Shown here: in pieces, positions 40,601 to 50,313 of the stretch
How positions within the stretch are numbered: position 1 is the first letter of the stretch
Layout of the letters: every line of letters starts with the position of its first letter
NCBI GenBank assembly: GCA_963682135.1
Contig: OY821645.1
Location: forward strand, 1,696,001 to 1,760,000
DNA from: Methanothrix sp.
GTDB taxonomy: Archaea; Halobacteriota; Methanosarcinia; Methanotrichales; Methanotrichaceae
Length of the DNA: 64,000 nt
Reading direction: 5' to 3'
Made by a program: the position numbers and the translations under genes
The notes under the pieces: generated by a model
What the model was told of the DNA's origin: nothing
Seen by the model: the letters and a program-made list of their open reading frames with translations, nothing else
Database searches by the model: none

Positions 40601-41722
40601 CTAAAAAACCTTATTAACCTCATTCAACCTTTCCTTCAGTTGCCGCAAGGTCATCTCCAGCTCCGCCGTGATCCTCTTCTTCGTCTCCGTCCCTACCTTA
40701 ATCTCGATGTCCGGCGGCGAGAGCGGTTCTCTTCCCACCAGGTTGCTGAAAAACTCCACCCAGTAGGGCGGCAAATACTCCGGCAGCTTCTCGCCCCGCA
40801 TGAGATGAAGCACGCTGGCAAAGGCCAGGGGCACTACCTCCATGTTGTAGCCGCCTCCCCCCAGGGCCAGCAGCCTGCCGCCGGCATGAAGACGGGTCAG
40901 CTCGATGATGCGGCCTACCAGATGAGTGTATCCGGCAAGGGTCATGTTCAGAGTGGTGAGGGGATCGGAGTAGTGAGTGTCCACACCCAGTTGTGCCACC
41001 ACTGCCTGCGGCCTGAACCATGCAAAGAGGCGGGGCACAATCTCCTCAAAAGCACGCAGATATTCCTCATTCCCGGAGTACATGGGCATGGGTATATTCA
41101 CGCTGTAGCCCAGGCCGGGGCCTGCGCCCAACTCATCGATAAAACCGGTGCCGGGAAATAGGTACAATCCCGATTCATGCATGGACACAGTGAGTACGCC
41201 GGGATCCTCATAAAAAATCTGCTGCACCCCATCTCCATGGTGGCCATCGATGTCTATGTAAAGAACCCGTTCAAATCGCTCTTTCAGGACGCAGATAGCC
41301 AGCGCCGGATCATCAAAGACGCAAAAGCCCGAAGCCCGGGAGGGCATGGCATGATGCAGTCCTCCCCCGATGTTAAAGGCGCTGCAGTCCTCAGAAATTA
41401 TTTGCCTCGCCGCATCGATGCTGCTGCCGGCCAGGAGCCGAGACGCGGCGTAAATGCCGGGAAAGACGGGCGTGTCATCGCTGCCCAATCCAAAGGCCAA
41501 ATCCGGCTTTTCCGTCTGCACAGATGCAATATACTCCAGTGTATGCACGCGCTGCAAATCAGCTTCCTCTGCGGGCTGCGGTTCAACCTTACAGGTGAGA
41601 TCGTCTATCAGGCCCTCTTCTTCCATGAGCTTGCATGCGAGCATCAAGCGAGCCGGGTTGAAGGGGTGCTCCGGGCCGAAGTTATAGGCCTGGAATTTTT
41701 CGCTGTAATAAAGATAGATCAT
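40601..41722 (-). CDS. Histone deacetylase family protein (AcuC-like)
   Basis: HPFNPARL, GGLHHA, GFC, DIDGHHGDG, DTHYSDPL, GGGGY. Confidence 0.93.
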   Translation of the reverse strand: MIYLYYSEKFQAYNFGPEHPFNPARLMLACKLMEEEGLIDDLTCKVEPQPAEEADLQRVHTLEYIASVQTEKPDLAFGLGSDDTPVFPGIYAASRLLAGSSIDAARQIISEDCSAFNIGGGLHHAMPSRASGFCVFDDPALAICVLKERFERVLYIDIDGHHGDGVQQIFYEDPGVLTVSMHESGLYLFPGTGFIDELGAGPGLGYSVNIPMPMYSGNEEYLRAFEEIVPRLFAWFRPQAVVAQLGVDTHYSDPLTTLNMTLAGYTHLVGRIIELTRLHAGGRLLALGGGGYNMEVVPLAFASVLHLMRGEKLPEYLPPYWVEFFSNLVGREPLSPPDIEIKVGTETKKRITAELEMTLRQLKERLNEVNKVF

Positions 41723-41731
41723 AAAGACTGT

Positions 41732-41929
41732 TTATTTATAGCCCTTCTCAACCAGGCCATCACTCCAGTAGTTGTCACAATTCTTGCAGTAGTAGATGGT
41801 CTCAATTACAATCTTCTTCCAGCTATCTGCATCCAATGCCCGCCGGAGATCCTTCTGCTCGCACTCATTGCCGCATTTGGGACAAAAGGGGACATAGTGT
41901 TCCAGTGCTCCCAGGTCCTCGTCAGCCAT
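41732..41929 (-). CDS. Small Zn-ribbon protein (CPxCG ... CxxC)
   Basis: PFCPKCG and YYCKNCD; located between ABCE1 and the HDAC gene on the same strand. Confidence 0.75.
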   Translation of the reverse strand: MADEDLGALEHYVPFCPKCGNECEQKDLRRALDADSWKKIVIETIYYCKNCDNYWSDGLVEKGYK

Positions 41930-41982
41930 TTTTCAATTCCTCATGATTCTGCAGGCAGACCAGGGCAAAAAAGCTGTCGGTT

Positions 41983-43743
41983 TCAAGATTCCTCAACCGG
42001 ATAGTAATACTCGCCCTGCTCCTTTTGCGTTCTGTCCAGTCTCGACTCAGGCTTGTTGACTCTGGGCCGCTTCGTCTCCTCATCACGCCGGAAGGTGATG
42101 TTTATGGCTTTAAGGAAAGCGTTCATGCCCTCGCGCATCTCCAGAGGCGTATGAGCGATACCCAGCGCCCCCGGCGTTCCCTCAAAGACCATCAACCTCT
42201 CCGCGAGCAGATCGATGAGATAGATGTCATGGTCCACAACCAGCACCGTCTTCTCCGAGGACTCGGCAAAGCGCCTCATAACCTTGGCCGCCAGCATCCT
42301 CTGTTCGACATCCAGATGGGCAGAGGGCTCATCCAGCAGATAGAGGTCCGCCGAGCGGCTCAGGCAGGCGGTAATGGCCACGCGCTGCAGCTCTCCACCG
42401 GATAGCTCAGTCAGGGCCTGATCCATCAAAGGCTCCAGACCCATGGGCTTTAAAATCTCAGTCTGGTAGTAGCTGGAGTCAAAATCATGGGTTGCGCCGC
42501 GCAGAAGGCCCTGCACGGTCACATCAGAGTCAGCTTTCAGGTACTGGGGTTTGTAGGAGACTTTAAGCCGGGTATCGAAGCTTCCGGATGTCGGCTTTTC
42601 CACCCCGGCCAGGACCTTGATGTAGGTACTCTTTCCTATGCCGTTCGGACCCAGGATGCCCACCACTTCACCACGACGAATGATGCCTGGCTCTGCTGCC
42701 AGCCGGAAGGAGGAGTACTGCACGTCAAAGGCCTCATAGGCGATGAGCATGGGGATCTCCTTGTCGATCCTGGGTGCATGCACCTCGAAACGTATGGATG
42801 TATCCCGGAAGCGCACATTCTCCTCAGGAAGGTTGCCACGCAGGTATTGGTTGATGCCTATCCTTACCCCTTTAGGCCGGGTTATGACGCCGTAAGCCCC
42901 AGGAACGCCGTAAATGAGATGAATGTTTTCCGCCAGAAGGTCAAGCAGGGCCAGGTCATGTTCCACTACCATGACCGCCTTATCCTTGGCCAGGTCCTGC
43001 AGGATGCGGGCCACGTTGATGCGCTGGTAAATATCCAGGAAAGGACTGATCTCATCGAAGAAATAGAAATTCGCGTCGCGAGCCACCGTGGCTGCGATAG
43101 CCACGCGTTGCAGCTCTCCGCCGGAGAGACTCGATATCTTCCGGTCCATGAGCTTGTCGATGGAGAGACCTTCCACCAGATCGGTGAGAACTCCTCGTTC
43201 GTCCGTCTTTTCCAAGAGACCGCGAACCGGCCCCGAATAGCTCTTGGGGATACGATCCACATACTGGGGCTTGTAGGAGGTCTTGACCCCCTTATCGGCT
43301 ACCTTTTTCAGATAATCACCCAGGATGCTTCCCGCAAAGCGGGCGAAAACATCATCCCAGGTGGCATTCTTTCCCAAATTGGGGCGCAGTATGCCGGATA
43401 GTATGGATACGGCAGTGCTCTTTCCGATGCCATTGGGGCCCAGAAGGCCGGTTACCCGGCCATCAACCGGTACAGGCAGACCGTAAAGTGCAAACCCGTT
43501 CTGGCCATACCTGTGCACCGGATCCTCCATCTCTTCCGGCAGATTGGTGATGGTAATAGCTCCAAAGGGACATTTGCGCACACAGATACCGCAGCCCACG
43601 CAAAGGTTCTCGGTGATAAGGGGCTTGCTGTCCTCAAAGACTATGGTCTCGTCGCCCGTACGCACCGGCGGGCAAAAGTACTCGCACTCTTTGGAGCACT
43701 TGCGGGGCTGGCAGCGATCGCGATTGATGATGGCAATTCTCAT
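41983..43743 (-). CDS. rli1: Ribosome recycling ATPase ABCE1/Rli1
   Basis: N-terminal Fe-S CQPRKC...CVGCGICVRKCPF; two ABC domains with GPNGIGKST and LSGGELQR. Confidence 0.97.
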   Translation of the reverse strand: MRIAIINRDRCQPRKCSKECEYFCPPVRTGDETIVFEDSKPLITENLCVGCGICVRKCPFGAITITNLPEEMEDPVHRYGQNGFALYGLPVPVDGRVTGLLGPNGIGKSTAVSILSGILRPNLGKNATWDDVFARFAGSILGDYLKKVADKGVKTSYKPQYVDRIPKSYSGPVRGLLEKTDERGVLTDLVEGLSIDKLMDRKISSLSGGELQRVAIAATVARDANFYFFDEISPFLDIYQRINVARILQDLAKDKAVMVVEHDLALLDLLAENIHLIYGVPGAYGVITRPKGVRIGINQYLRGNLPEENVRFRDTSIRFEVHAPRIDKEIPMLIAYEAFDVQYSSFRLAAEPGIIRRGEVVGILGPNGIGKSTYIKVLAGVEKPTSGSFDTRLKVSYKPQYLKADSDVTVQGLLRGATHDFDSSYYQTEILKPMGLEPLMDQALTELSGGELQRVAITACLSRSADLYLLDEPSAHLDVEQRMLAAKVMRRFAESSEKTVLVVDHDIYLIDLLAERLMVFEGTPGALGIAHTPLEMREGMNAFLKAINITFRRDEETKRPRVNKPESRLDRTQKEQGEYYYPVEES

Positions 43744-43752
43744 GGGTATTCC

Positions 43753-44154
43753 TCAGTTGAGAAGAAGCGTCCAGGTAACCAGCCAGAAGTCGACTACCAT
43801 GAACTCCACATAGAACCAGTCTTTGGTCTTGAAGCCTGATGCATCTATATTCAGGAACTTATAGGTATACATTTGAATGACATAAGTAAGCAGTATTACG
43901 GACATCATGACGAAATGCCAGGGATAAGGAGCGATTGACTCGCCCGAATAATAACAGGCAAAGCCTGCCATGGTCCCTAAAATGGAAGGATATACCGTCT
44001 TGACGATTCCATCAATGCGGTCCTTTCTGCGTTCGGCCGCGCTCTTGGGCGCGACCTTTGGCGGTAGTTTGGCTGCTTTTTCGCCGGGCTTTTCCTGGAC
44101 CGTCGCCAGCCGTTGGTCTTCCTTATTGCCAACCTTTTTTTCTTTCTTGGCCAT
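43753..44154 (-). CDS. Small three-TM membrane protein (EMC6-like archaeal family)
   Basis: Basic N-terminus, three TM helices, KDWFYVEF...WTLLLN end; typical position upstream of ABCE1. Confidence 0.7.
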   Translation of the reverse strand: MAKKEKKVGNKEDQRLATVQEKPGEKAAKLPPKVAPKSAAERRKDRIDGIVKTVYPSILGTMAGFACYYSGESIAPYPWHFVMMSVILLTYVIQMYTYKFLNIDASGFKTKDWFYVEFMVVDFWLVTWTLLLN

Positions 44155-44237
44155 CCAACCTTTGCATTTCATTATATGATAATAGCGTTTTGGTCCGGGA
44201 AAAGTCCAAGTACTATAACTTTCAAGAGCCTCAGGAT

Positions 44238-44693
44238 GTGTATGTCGTAGCGGATGCTTCAGTGTTTATCTGGGGTAAAAGGCCGGTAGGAGAGCTGATC
44301 ACCGTCCCGGCGGTGGAAGCGGAGCTGAAAGATATAAGGACAAAATCCCTGCTTCACATCTTTGAGGCACGGGTGGAAAGCCCTTCCCCCCAGGCGCGAA
44401 AGGCAGCAGAGCACGCCGCAACACAGACAGGAGACCTCAAAGCACTGTCTTCCGCTGATTTGGATATCCTGGCGAAAGCCCTGGAGTATAGAGCCGTTCT
44501 CGCTACCGATGACTATGCTCTGCAAAATGTCGCTCTTCACCTCGGTCTGAAGATCGAACCCATCGGGCAGCCCAGGATAAAGAGGCTGCTAAAGCACGTC
44601 CAGAGGTGCCAAGGCTGTGGCAGCAAATTCGAAGGAGAAGTTTGTACAGATTGCGGAACTCCTGCCCGAAAGAAAAAGAGGTGCATAAGATGA
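44238..44693 (+). CDS. nob1: Nob1 family PIN endonuclease
   Basis: VADASVFI, TGDLKALSSADLD, TDDYALQNVA and Zn ribbon CQGC/CTDCG; GTG start inferred. Confidence 0.9.
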   Translation: MYVVADASVFIWGKRPVGELITVPAVEAELKDIRTKSLLHIFEARVESPSPQARKAAEHAATQTGDLKALSSADLDILAKALEYRAVLATDDYALQNVALHLGLKIEPIGQPRIKRLLKHVQRCQGCGSKFEGEVCTDCGTPARKKKRCIR

Positions 44694-45307
44694 AGAATAT
44701 TGAAACATTGATGAAAAAGGCAACGGAACTAAAAGCAGAAGGGCTGGTGGAAGGCCAGATCTCGGAGGAGCTGAATGTCTCCAGCGAAACGGTTACCTGG
44801 CTGCTTACTCATGCTGAGAAGACGAGCACATCGCCCGGGCCCAAGGATATCTCTGTGGACTGGTCCATGATCGGCAAGAGCGCCTTTAGGATGAGCCACA
44901 TCTCAGAAGCCCTCTCGGATATCATTATTGAGACTCTGGACGACAACGATTGCGGCGTGGACGCTGTGGTGGGCATAGCTTTAAGCGGCCTGCCTCTGGC
45001 CAGCATGGTTGCCAGCAGCCTCTCCGCAGAGCTTGCGGTATACACCCCCAGCAAGCAGATGCTCACAAAAGAGAGCGGCAAAGCCCGTGGCAACCTGAGT
45101 GCCAATTTCGCCGGTGTTATGGACAAGGAGTGCGTCATCATCGACGACGTGATCACATCCGGCCGAACTTTGGAGGAGGTCGTCGAATATCTGGACGAGC
45201 ATGGAGCCAAGATCAATGCCATCGCCGTCCTGATCGACAAGAAGGGCACGGAAGAGATCGCCGGAGTGCCCGTGGTCTCGCTATTAAAGGTCTTAAGAGT
45301 AAATTAG
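44690..45307 (+). CDS. Orotate phosphoribosyltransferase-like protein with N-terminal HTH (GfcR-like)
   Basis: ISEELNVSSETVTWLL, PKDISVDWS, PRPP loop IIDDVITSGRT. Confidence 0.88.
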   Translation: MKNIETLMKKATELKAEGLVEGQISEELNVSSETVTWLLTHAEKTSTSPGPKDISVDWSMIGKSAFRMSHISEALSDIIIETLDDNDCGVDAVVGIALSGLPLASMVASSLSAELAVYTPSKQMLTKESGKARGNLSANFAGVMDKECVIIDDVITSGRTLEEVVEYLDEHGAKINAIAVLIDKKGTEEIAGVPVVSLLKVLRVN

Positions 45308-45314
45308 ATCAACT

Positions 45315-48053
45315 ATGTTCTCCGAGGATGAGTATCGATTAGACTTCTTCGTGGATGAGGGATTCCAGCGCAAGAAGTGCGACAAATGCGGAAAATTCTT
45401 CTGGACCAGGAACAGCGAGAGGAAGACCTGCGGGGACCCGCCCTGCGATCCCTATACCTTCATAGGCTCGCCCATATTCAAACGCGAGCATACCATAGAC
45501 GAGATGCGCGAGCATTACCTCAGCTTCTTTGAGAGCCGGGGGCATGCTCGCATCAAGAGGTATCCGGTGGTGGCCCGCTGGCGAGACGACATTTACCTCA
45601 CCATTGCCTCTATCGCCGATTTCCAGCCTTTTGTCACCTCCGGACAGGTGCCACCGCCCGCCAATCCGCTCACCATCAGCCAGCCCTGCATAAGGCTCGA
45701 CGATCTCGATTCAGTAGGGCGCAGCGGACGGCATCTCACCACTTTTGAGATGATGGCCCACCACGTCTTCAACACGAGAGAAAAAGAGCACTATTGGAAG
45801 GATCGGACGGTTGCATTATGCGATGAGCTGCTGGTGGGCCTGGGCATGGACCCCCTGGCTGTGACCTACAAGGAGAATCCCTGGGCAGGAGGAGGCAACG
45901 CCGGACCGAGCGTGGAAGTCATGGTCGGCGGCCTGGAGCTGGCAACCCTGGTCTTCATGGACCTTAAAGCCGTGCAAAGCGGCTCCATCCAGATCAAGGG
46001 CGAGTCGTATGAGAAGATGAACAACTACATCGTGGACACAGGCTATGGCCTCGAGAGGTTTGTCTGGGCCTCTACCGGCTCGCCTACCATTTATGATGCC
46101 ATCTTCCCGGATCTCGTTCGCAAGGTGGCCGACCTTGCGGGCGTCGAGCACAACCTGCAAGATGCCGAGTATGCCGAGATCTTCGCCCAGAATGCCCGGC
46201 TGGCGGGCATGGTGGATCTGGACGAATACAGCATGGCGGATCTGCGCAAGAGGATTGCGAGCAGCATCGGCATTACGCCAGAGAAGCTGGAGAAGACCAT
46301 CGAGCCCATGGAGCGCATCTATGCCGTGGTGGACCACACTCGCTGCCTGGCCTACATGCTGGGCGACGGCATCATACCCTCCAATGTAAAAGCGGGATAC
46401 CTGTCCCGGCTGGTCATACGCCGCACCTTGCGACTGATGAAGGAGCTGGGTCTGTCTCTGCCGCTGGCTGAATTGGTGGAGATGCAAATTCAAAGGCTGG
46501 ATTACTCGGACTGGCAGGAGCGCTTTGTCACCATCAAGGAGATCCTGGACCAGGAAGAGCAGAAGTATGCCGAGACCCTGGAGAAGGGCAAGCGTCTGGT
46601 CAAGAAGACCGCCGAGAACTTCCTGAAGAAAAACCAGCCAATTCCTCTGGAGGAGATGATCTCCCTTTACGATACGCATGGCATTCCCCCCGAGATCGCC
46701 CGCGAGTCCGCAGAAGAGATGGGCGCGACGGTGGAGCTGCCGGATAACTTCTACTCGCTGGTTGCCAAGAAGCGCATCCGGGCCGAGAAGGAAGAGGCCA
46801 AGGTCAGTCTGCCCGGTAAAACGGAATTATTGTTCTACGAACATCCCAACGAGTGGGTCTTCCAGGCCCTGGTTCTGGATGTTACTGAGGACGGCAGCGT
46901 CATCCTGGACAGAACGCTCCTCTACCCGGAGGGCGGAGGCCAGCCTGCCGATCACGGCACCCTGGACAGGCAGGGCCAAACCTTTTCCGTGGTGGATGTT
47001 CAGAAGTCTGGAGAGGTGGTCTTGCACAAGCTGGCCAAGACGGCCAGCGGGCCGGGCTTGGTGAAGGGCGACAGGGTTAACGGAAAGGTGGACATGCGCC
47101 GCCGTCTGGCTCATGCGCGTCATCACACTGCCACCCATCTGGTGCATGATTCAGCCAAACGTGTTTTAGGCAAGCACGTCTGGCAGGCCGGCGCCCAGAA
47201 GAGCGAGGATCGAGCAAGGCTGGACATCTCCCATTACAAGCGAATTAATGACGCCGAGCTGAAGGCGATCGAACTGGAAGCTAATAGGCGGGTGATGGAG
47301 ATGCAGCCCGTGGACACCCAGTTCCTGCCCCGCACCGAGGCAGAGAAGCTCTTTGGCTTTGAGCTGTACCAGGGAGGCGTGCCCCCCGGAAATCAGATTC
47401 GCGTGGTACGCGTGGGAAGCGACATTGAAGCCTGCGCGGGAACGCATGTCACCAACACAGGGCAGATCGGGGCCATCAAGATCCTGCGCGCCGAGCGCAT
47501 TCAGGATGGAGTGGAGAGGATCGAGTTTGCCGCAGGCGAAGCCGCCGTGCGGGCCGGGCAGGAGCGGGATGATCTGCTCTCCGGCGCGGCTGATGTGCTG
47601 CGCGTGCCGGGCGAACAGCTGCCCAAGACCGCTTCCCGCTTCTTTGAGGAGTGGAAGGCCCAGCAAAAGGAGATCGATCGGCTCAGGGAGGACCTGGCCA
47701 AAGCAAGGCTCAAGACGCTGGTGGCTGAGGCCGAGACCTTTGATGGCCTAAGAATCGTGGTGCAGAAGATGGGCAGCGCCGACATCGATGAGCTTCTCAA
47801 GGCGGCGGCGCTTTTGGCCGAGCAGGACTGCGTGGCCCTTTTGGGCAGCGAGACGGGCAAGCTGGTGGCCGCCGTGGGCCAGTCTGGCCTGGCAAAAGGC
47901 ATCAAGGCGGGCAGCATCATCCGCGCTGCGGCGCGCGCCCTGGGCGGAGGCGGAGGAGGCCGGCCCGAACTGGCGCAGGGCGGAGGGCCCAATGCCGAAA
48001 AGCTGGACGAGGCCCTTGCAGCGGGAAGGGAGGCGATGAGGGCGGGGGCGTAA
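45315..48053 (+). CDS. alaS: Alanyl-tRNA synthetase
   Basis: ARWRDDIYLTIASIADFQP, VDTGYGLER, editing HHTATH and ACAGTH, C-Ala GGGGGGRPELAQGGG. Confidence 0.98.
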   Translation: MFSEDEYRLDFFVDEGFQRKKCDKCGKFFWTRNSERKTCGDPPCDPYTFIGSPIFKREHTIDEMREHYLSFFESRGHARIKRYPVVARWRDDIYLTIASIADFQPFVTSGQVPPPANPLTISQPCIRLDDLDSVGRSGRHLTTFEMMAHHVFNTREKEHYWKDRTVALCDELLVGLGMDPLAVTYKENPWAGGGNAGPSVEVMVGGLELATLVFMDLKAVQSGSIQIKGESYEKMNNYIVDTGYGLERFVWASTGSPTIYDAIFPDLVRKVADLAGVEHNLQDAEYAEIFAQNARLAGMVDLDEYSMADLRKRIASSIGITPEKLEKTIEPMERIYAVVDHTRCLAYMLGDGIIPSNVKAGYLSRLVIRRTLRLMKELGLSLPLAELVEMQIQRLDYSDWQERFVTIKEILDQEEQKYAETLEKGKRLVKKTAENFLKKNQPIPLEEMISLYDTHGIPPEIARESAEEMGATVELPDNFYSLVAKKRIRAEKEEAKVSLPGKTELLFYEHPNEWVFQALVLDVTEDGSVILDRTLLYPEGGGQPADHGTLDRQGQTFSVVDVQKSGEVVLHKLAKTASGPGLVKGDRVNGKVDMRRRLAHARHHTATHLVHDSAKRVLGKHVWQAGAQKSEDRARLDISHYKRINDAELKAIELEANRRVMEMQPVDTQFLPRTEAEKLFGFELYQGGVPPGNQIRVVRVGSDIEACAGTHVTNTGQIGAIKILRAERIQDGVERIEFAAGEAAVRAGQERDDLLSGAADVLRVPGEQLPKTASRFFEEWKAQQKEIDRLREDLAKARLKTLVAEAETFDGLRIVVQKMGSADIDELLKAAALLAEQDCVALLGSETGKLVAAVGQSGLAKGIKAGSIIRAAARALGGGGGGRPELAQGGGPNAEKLDEALAAGREAMRAGA

Positions 48054-48073
48054 AGTTCTGCCTTCATCCATCT
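47753..48073 (+). repeat. Direct repeat copy 1 (alaS 3' end plus 20 bp of 3' UTR)
   Basis: About 96% identical to 49664-49984 (offset 1911 bp). Confidence 0.95.
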
Positions 48074-48161
48074 CTAATTCATTTTTTATCTGCTAATGAC
48101 TGTGATTATTGCCGCAAGCTTAATGAATTTCATAACTGTACTGTTGTTTTGAGGTAGTGAT

Positions 48162-48971
48162 GTGGTCAAAGATGACATAGATGTCGCCCGCGAAATATAT
48201 CAATCGGTTATGCTGGCGGATAAAAAGCAAAAAAAGATGATAAGCAGTCGTTTTTGGGAGCGTTTTGGTGTTGCTGCCCGGCAACCACAGGTTATAGAGA
48301 GAATAAATGATGTGTTAGATAAACAAGGTCTAAAAGTCGAAGCACGATCAGAAAACAAGTTCGGTGACGAACATTGGGATGAATGGATCATTATCACACC
48401 GAAAATAATCATAGGTGACAAAGCTACTGGTCAAATTCAAACGATAAGGCCAAACAATGAATGGTTTCATGATATAAAATCGAGAGATTTTGAGAGTGAA
48501 CGCGAAGTTGAAACTTATTTTGTTGTACCATTATTAGAAAAACTTGGATACGAATATGATGATATCGTAATTGGTTATCCTGTTGAGATGTTTATTGGCA
48601 CCCGGCGTACCAAGACTGAAGCAGATTTGGCTATATTCAATGGGCGAAGCAGAGAGCGAAAAGATGCGCTTCTAATCATTGAAGCTAAAAAAAGCGATAA
48701 TGATATCAAAGAAGATCACATCGAACAGGCGAAATCCTATGCCCAAGTGTTAACACCTGCGTGCTACATTGTGACTAATGGTATGAGGATTAAGGTATTT
48801 TTATTCAATGGATCTTTGGCACCGGACGAGTGTATTCTGGATTTTGATAGATCAATGCTTATTGAGAAATGGGACGAATTATATCAATGCGTCAGCAAGA
48901 AAGCGACCGTTTTGCGGAAGCATAAGTTGCTCACATTTATATCAAAAGAGCAGCCAATAACATCTTCGTGA
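48162..48971 (+). CDS. Type I restriction enzyme HsdR N-terminal-like (PD-(D/E)XK) nuclease domain protein
   Basis: SEREVETYFVVPLLEKLGY, ADLAIF, IIEAKK, QAKSYA, IVTNG; markedly low GC. Confidence 0.8.
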   Translation: MVKDDIDVAREIYQSVMLADKKQKKMISSRFWERFGVAARQPQVIERINDVLDKQGLKVEARSENKFGDEHWDEWIIITPKIIIGDKATGQIQTIRPNNEWFHDIKSRDFESEREVETYFVVPLLEKLGYEYDDIVIGYPVEMFIGTRRTKTEADLAIFNGRSRERKDALLIIEAKKSDNDIKEDHIEQAKSYAQVLTPACYIVTNGMRIKVFLFNGSLAPDECILDFDRSMLIEKWDELYQCVSKKATVLRKHKLLTFISKEQPITSS

Positions 48972-49216
48972 ATAATGAAGATTTGCTCGAAAGGATTACA
49001 ATAAATCCCAAAGTAATGGTAGGCAAACCCGTTATCCGCGGCACCCGGCTCACTGTGGAGTACATCCTGGGACTCCTGGCTCATGCCACCACCATGGAAG
49101 AGATCCTGGAAGAGTATCCCGGCCTGGCGAAAGATGACATTTATGCCTGTCTTTTCTTTGCCTCCAAGACACTTCAAGATGCCTCCTTCGTCCCCCTCGC
49201 GGCCGAGGCCGTTTAG
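48968..49216 (+). CDS. DUF433 family antitoxin
   Basis: RITINPKVMVGKPVIRGTRLTV, ILEEYPGLAKDDIYACL. Confidence 0.92.
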   Translation: MNNEDLLERITINPKVMVGKPVIRGTRLTVEYILGLLAHATTMEEILEEYPGLAKDDIYACLFFASKTLQDASFVPLAAEAV

Positions 49217-49576
49217 ATGCGATTTCTGGTAGACGAGTGCGTAGGCCCCTCTGTCGCGCAATGGCTGCGCGAGAATAATCATGACGCTATCTCTGCCTAT
49301 GAGGATTGCCGGGGTTGGGAAGACGAAAGCATACTTGAAAAAGCCCACTCGGAAGAGCGCATAGTAGTAACCATGGACAAGGATTTTGGAGAGATGGTTT
49401 TTCGAATGAGATTACCTCATTGCGGCGTTATTTTACTTCGCAGTGCTTACTGCGGCCCATCTAAAAAAATCTCGATGATGAAAAAGGTCCTTTCTCTTCC
49501 GGAATCAGATTTATCCGGTCGCTTTGTCGTGGTAACAGAAGCTGCGATCAGGATCTCTGGAGCTGTCACTGATTAG
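49217..49576 (+). CDS. DUF5615 family PIN-like toxin (VapC45-like)
   Basis: MRFLVDECV, DESIL, IVVTMDKDFG, HCGVILLR; follows the DUF433 gene directly. Confidence 0.9.
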   Translation: MRFLVDECVGPSVAQWLRENNHDAISAYEDCRGWEDESILEKAHSEERIVVTMDKDFGEMVFRMRLPHCGVILLRSAYCGPSKKISMMKKVLSLPESDLSGRFVVVTEAAIRISGAVTD

Positions 49577-49663
49577 ACGATTCTTTACAGATAGAAACGC
49601 CCGCTGATGGTATCAAGCGGCTCATGACCTTGATTCGTCAGCCCGAGACACTGGACGGCTCAA

Positions 49664-49984
49664 AATCGTGGTGCAGAAGATGGGCAGCGCCGACATCGAT
49701 GAGCTTCTCAAGGCGGCGGCGCTTTTGGCCGAGCAGGACTGCGTGGCCCTTTTGGGCAGCGAGACCGGCAAGCTGGTGGCCTCCGTAGGCCAGTCTGGCC
49801 TGGCAAAAGGCATCAAGGCGGGCAGCATCATCCGCGCTGCGGCGCGCGCCCTGGGCGGAGGCGGAGGAGGCCGGCCCGAACTGGCGCAGGGCGGAGGACC
49901 CAACCCCGAGAAGCTGGACGAAGCCCTGGCGGCGGGAAGGGAGGCGATGAAGGCGGGGACGTAAAGTTCTGCCTTCATCCATCT
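49664..49984 (+). repeat. Direct repeat copy 2: duplicated alaS 3' fragment (C-Ala domain)
   Basis: Same frame and stop as alaS; 12 substitutions relative to copy 1. Confidence 0.95.
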
Positions 49985-50313
49985 TCTCTTCATGGCCTTG
50001 GTCTCTGCCGGGCGGCCCTCCCAGCAGGACGGACCGCGGCCTCATCAGTGATCTGGTCTATTCAGGATGGAATCATCTAAATATCGATTAATTAGGCCCA
50101 ATTATTGAAACAAAACGTTCTTGAGTTTATTTATCGGTAATAAAACGATTTTTCGCCTTTTGTCGAAGTTCATTTCGATGCTCAGCATATTTCCGAACCG
50201 TTCGTTCTGTCCCATCTTTTTCTATCGTTCCTGACAGGGTGGTGATTGTGAATGTCGCAAGCGATGCAATTCGCCTGACATTCGCAAAGAAAAAGTTGCG
50301 AGGTATAAGAAAC

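Noticed and set aside
49990-50048. Hammerhead ribozyme on the minus strand (CTGATGAG-GCCGCGGTC)
   Set aside because: Stem II is not followed by the required GAAA, and no stems I/III were found.
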